Source: an uncultured bacterium
Lineage (GTDB): Bacteria > Vulcanimicrobiota > Xenobia > Xenobiales > Xenobiaceae
Length of the DNA: 36,933 nucleotides
Reading direction: 5' to 3'
Assembly (NCBI GenBank): GCA_900313515.1
Contig: OMRK01000132.1
Location: 1-36,933 of the forward strand
Positions 34,530 through 36,933 of this stretch are shown in pieces (the stretch's first letter is position 1; every line of letters starts with the position of its first letter). A model generated the notes under the pieces. It had not been told where the DNA came from and ran no database searches. It was given only the letters and a program-made list of their open reading frames with translations. The position numbers and the translations under genes are program-made.

Positions 34530-35249
34530 ATGCACCAATTATTCGATAACAAAAGTTCAGAAAAAAGAATACTTGCTATATTTGCTGTACTATATGTGCT
34601 GCTTGCTCTTACAACTATCGGCCTCAAGGTTTACACCAGCCTCGAAGAAATTAAGTTCTCTCAGGCTGTTCCTCGCACTAAGTCGTCCAATTACAGAGAA
34701 TTTATGAACTTTTATAGTATCAACGACAAACCTGTAAACCATGTTCAAGTTGTAAACAGTTCGGATGCTTTTCTCGAGGCCCCAGGATGTCGTTTGCAGC
34801 TGTCCGCCCCCTTAGACTCTGTTCCTGTGCGCTATGCCGTAAGGAATGAGTGTATAGCCGAACTTACTTTGCAATATAAAGGCTATCTCTATCAGTACAA
34901 CGCCACCCGTGATCCCTACCAAAATATTACCAGTCTCAGTTTCTGTACCTACAGTTCAATGGTACGTAGCCGTGATAAAATAAAGCTAGATTTTGCTACT
35001 CCAGAATGGATTTTGCACTTTCCCTCTTCAAGCGGAAGAATTGTATCGGCTGCATTTCGGCGCTACGATGTATACGCTAGAGAAGTGTCCTGGAAGTCGG
35101 ATGGAGTACGCTACAACATGATAATTTATAGAAACATGAATCCTAGGCCGGGCAGACCTATTGATGAGGAGAATGCCTACAAATCCATCGATAACTATGC
35201 CGATCTGATCGCTTTAGCCCGAGAGGCAATCTTCAGAGATGTGCGCTAG
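34530..35249 (+). CDS. Hypothetical N-terminally membrane-anchored protein
   Basis: 239 aa. A single TM (ILAIFAVLYVLLALTTIGLKVY) is followed by a soluble region with four Cys. GAAGG lies 11 nt upstream. I recognise no motif. Confidence 0.6.
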   Translation: MHQLFDNKSSEKRILAIFAVLYVLLALTTIGLKVYTSLEEIKFSQAVPRTKSSNYREFMNFYSINDKPVNHVQVVNSSDAFLEAPGCRLQLSAPLDSVPVRYAVRNECIAELTLQYKGYLYQYNATRDPYQNITSLSFCTYSSMVRSRDKIKLDFATPEWILHFPSSSGRIVSAAFRRYDVYAREVSWKSDGVRYNMIIYRNMNPRPGRPIDEENAYKSIDNYADLIALAREAIFRDVR

Positions 35250-35328
35250 ATTCGTAAAAGTTGAAGCTACAGTTTTAAAATATTCCGATTTATAAAATAA
35301 GGCTGCTTAACAGCTACCGAAGGAAAAA

Positions 35329-36933
35329 ATGCCAGAATCAGACAAATTGGGAAAATCAATTGGGCTAAGCTTGCTTATTTATGCGGCCATAGCCTTCTAC
35401 AAGGCCGATATGTGGATAGTTTTACACAATGATGGAAGCCGAGGACTTCCCCTGTGCGAACTAACTAGCTTATGGCAATGTCTGTGGATAGACTGCATCT
35501 GCACCTGTACCTTTAAATTATTTGCCTTTGCTTACTTAATATATAAACTGCTCAATTGTAAATTAAAATGGTATGAAAATTTAACTGTCTTTTTGGCTGC
35601 CCTGGGACTGGCTGCAGATAAAATTTATGGATATGAGGGTACTCTATTTAGCGGCAAAACGGACAGCATCAGCGCACTAGTCCTGATTGTAGCTACATTA
35701 GGCTTATATGAACTAATCTATTACCTGTTGCTGTTTTTCAAGGTAGCGCTAAACTGGCTGAACAATCTTCCAGATGCTTTTTCAGGATGGCTGGGCCACT
35801 GGCACCTTCAGTTGGAACAAAACCCTCTTGTCTGTAGCTGGTTAATTATCTTTGCTTGCTGGCTTCCCTGGGCTATAGTCAAATATCCTTTGGGAATAGA
35901 TGAGGATGCCTACTACCAAATAGAAGAATATTTCGGATATTCTCCCCTGGCTTCAAGGTATTTTCCCGTAACCTCCAGCCTGTTTATGGGAGCCATGGTT
36001 GACCTGGGAAGAGTTATATTCGGCTCTATCGACAGAGGTGGGTTCTTCTTGGTTTTAGTTCAAATGGCTATATGTTCGGCTTGCCTAGCTTACACAATTG
36101 CAGCCGGGTTTAAGCTGCAATTTCCAAAGCGATGGAATTACCTAATGCTCGTGGTCTACAGTGTCGCTCCCATCTACTCCTCTTACTGCACCTCTATTCT
36201 CAAGGATAACCTTTACGCATGCTCAGTGGTACTTTTTACGGCTATATCAGCGGTAATTTTGTTAAGTGAGCCAAAAAATCTCATTTACCCAACTATTCTG
36301 ATAGCATCCGCTTTCTCTATGTGTGCCTTGAGAAATAATGGGATATTTATAGTTCTTTTTTGCCTTGTGTTCGTTTTGGCCCACATCTTATTCTTTAAAA
36401 CAGTTAAAGCTGGCGCATATAAGCAGTTGGGATTGGCTCTAGCCGCAACCGCCATCATGTTCGGAGGATACACTCATCTTCTCACTCACATGATTCATTA
36501 TCCGCCCGGCGGCCTAAAGGAAGCCCTGTCCCTCCCCTTCCAGCAAACCGCCAGGTACATAACCTACCATGGCTCTGAAATAACACCCGAAGAAATCGAA
36601 GCTATAGATGCAGTTATAGATTACTCGCTACCTTACGGTTACAACAGCCTACACAGTAACAATGTCAAAAAGACTTACCGCGGCCGCAATCAAAAGTTGC
36701 CAGCCTACTTTGCCGTATGGGCAAAACAATTCATCAAGCATCCCTTCACCTGTATAGAAGCCACCATAGCCTGCCAGTTTGGATTTTTCAGCATAGACGC
36801 AGAGTGTATATATATTCACAACGTTTGTAGAGACATCAATAGAATGATCTATCACGCGCCACAATTTCTAATTAAACCTAAGGCTATAGCCATGAATTTA
36901 ACCGAGTGCTTATGGAGAGCCCCGCTTCTCAAC
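35329..36933 (+). CDS. Large polytopic membrane protein (paralog 2), partial, running off the window end
   Basis: Not in the ORF track. I translated ATG 35329 through 36933 (535 codons) by hand and found no stop. GAAGGA lies 5 nt upstream. MPESDKLGKSIGLSLLIYAAIAFYKADMWIV... and KYPLGIDEDAYYQIEEYFGYSPLASRYFPVTSSLFMGAMVDLG are colinear with paralog 1. Confidence 0.8.
   Translation, partial: MPESDKLGKSIGLSLLIYAAIAFYKADMWIVLHNDGSRGLPLCELTSLWQCLWIDCICTCTFKLFAFAYLIYKLLNCKLKWYENLTVFLAALGLAADKIYGYEGTLFSGKTDSISALVLIVATLGLYELIYYLLLFFKVALNWLNNLPDAFSGWLGHWHLQLEQNPLVCSWLIIFACWLPWAIVKYPLGIDEDAYYQIEEYFGYSPLASRYFPVTSSLFMGAMVDLGRVIFGSIDRGGFFLVLVQMAICSACLAYTIAAGFKLQFPKRWNYLMLVVYSVAPIYSSYCTSILKDNLYACSVVLFTAISAVILLSEPKNLIYPTILIASAFSMCALRNNGIFIVLFCLVFVLAHILFFKTVKAGAYKQLGLALAATAIMFGGYTHLLTHMIHYPPGGLKEALSLPFQQTARYITYHGSEITPEEIEAIDAVIDYSLPYGYNSLHSNNVKKTYRGRNQKLPAYFAVWAKQFIKHPFTCIEATIACQFGFFSIDAECIYIHNVCRDINRMIYHAPQFLIKPKAIAMNLTECLWRAPLLN

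Overview
Densely coding bacterial chromosomal window, roughly 50% GC overall. The organism cannot be identified from the sequence alone. I support 26 protein-coding genes, two of which are absent from the supplied ORF track because they run off the window edges (1..998 minus strand; 35329..36933 plus strand). I found no rRNA, tRNA, CRISPR array, transposase or integrase. Left to right: a minus-strand block (polytopic membrane protein, ComEA-like protein, GHMP kinase, circularly permuted ATP-grasp ligase, 1332-aa STAND-type NTPase); nupC; a 636-bp AT-rich repeat-bearing intergenic region; a TPR protein; lysine 5,6-aminomutase kamDE; an MmeI-family N6-adenine DNA methyltransferase lacking the nuclease domain; a long minus-strand block (small EamA-like protein, radical SAM enzyme, MMPL/RND exporter, PcrA/UvrD helicase, endonuclease IV, orphan family-5 solute-binding protein); a plus-strand trio (pseudo-protease/FHA membrane protein, atypical Fic protein, minimal Ser/Thr kinase); an FtsB/DivIC-like gene; a double zinc-ribbon protein; and a low-GC block with two paralogous large membrane proteins flanking a membrane-anchored protein. 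The best candidates for an undescribed system are (1) the FHA / atypical Fic / kinase trio and (2) the STAND NTPase / ATP-grasp / GHMP-kinase operon. Next come the radical SAM / MMPL block, the nuclease-less MmeI-type methylase and the paralogous membrane-protein island. All family assignments rest on motifs read by eye and remembered family signatures. No database search was run.
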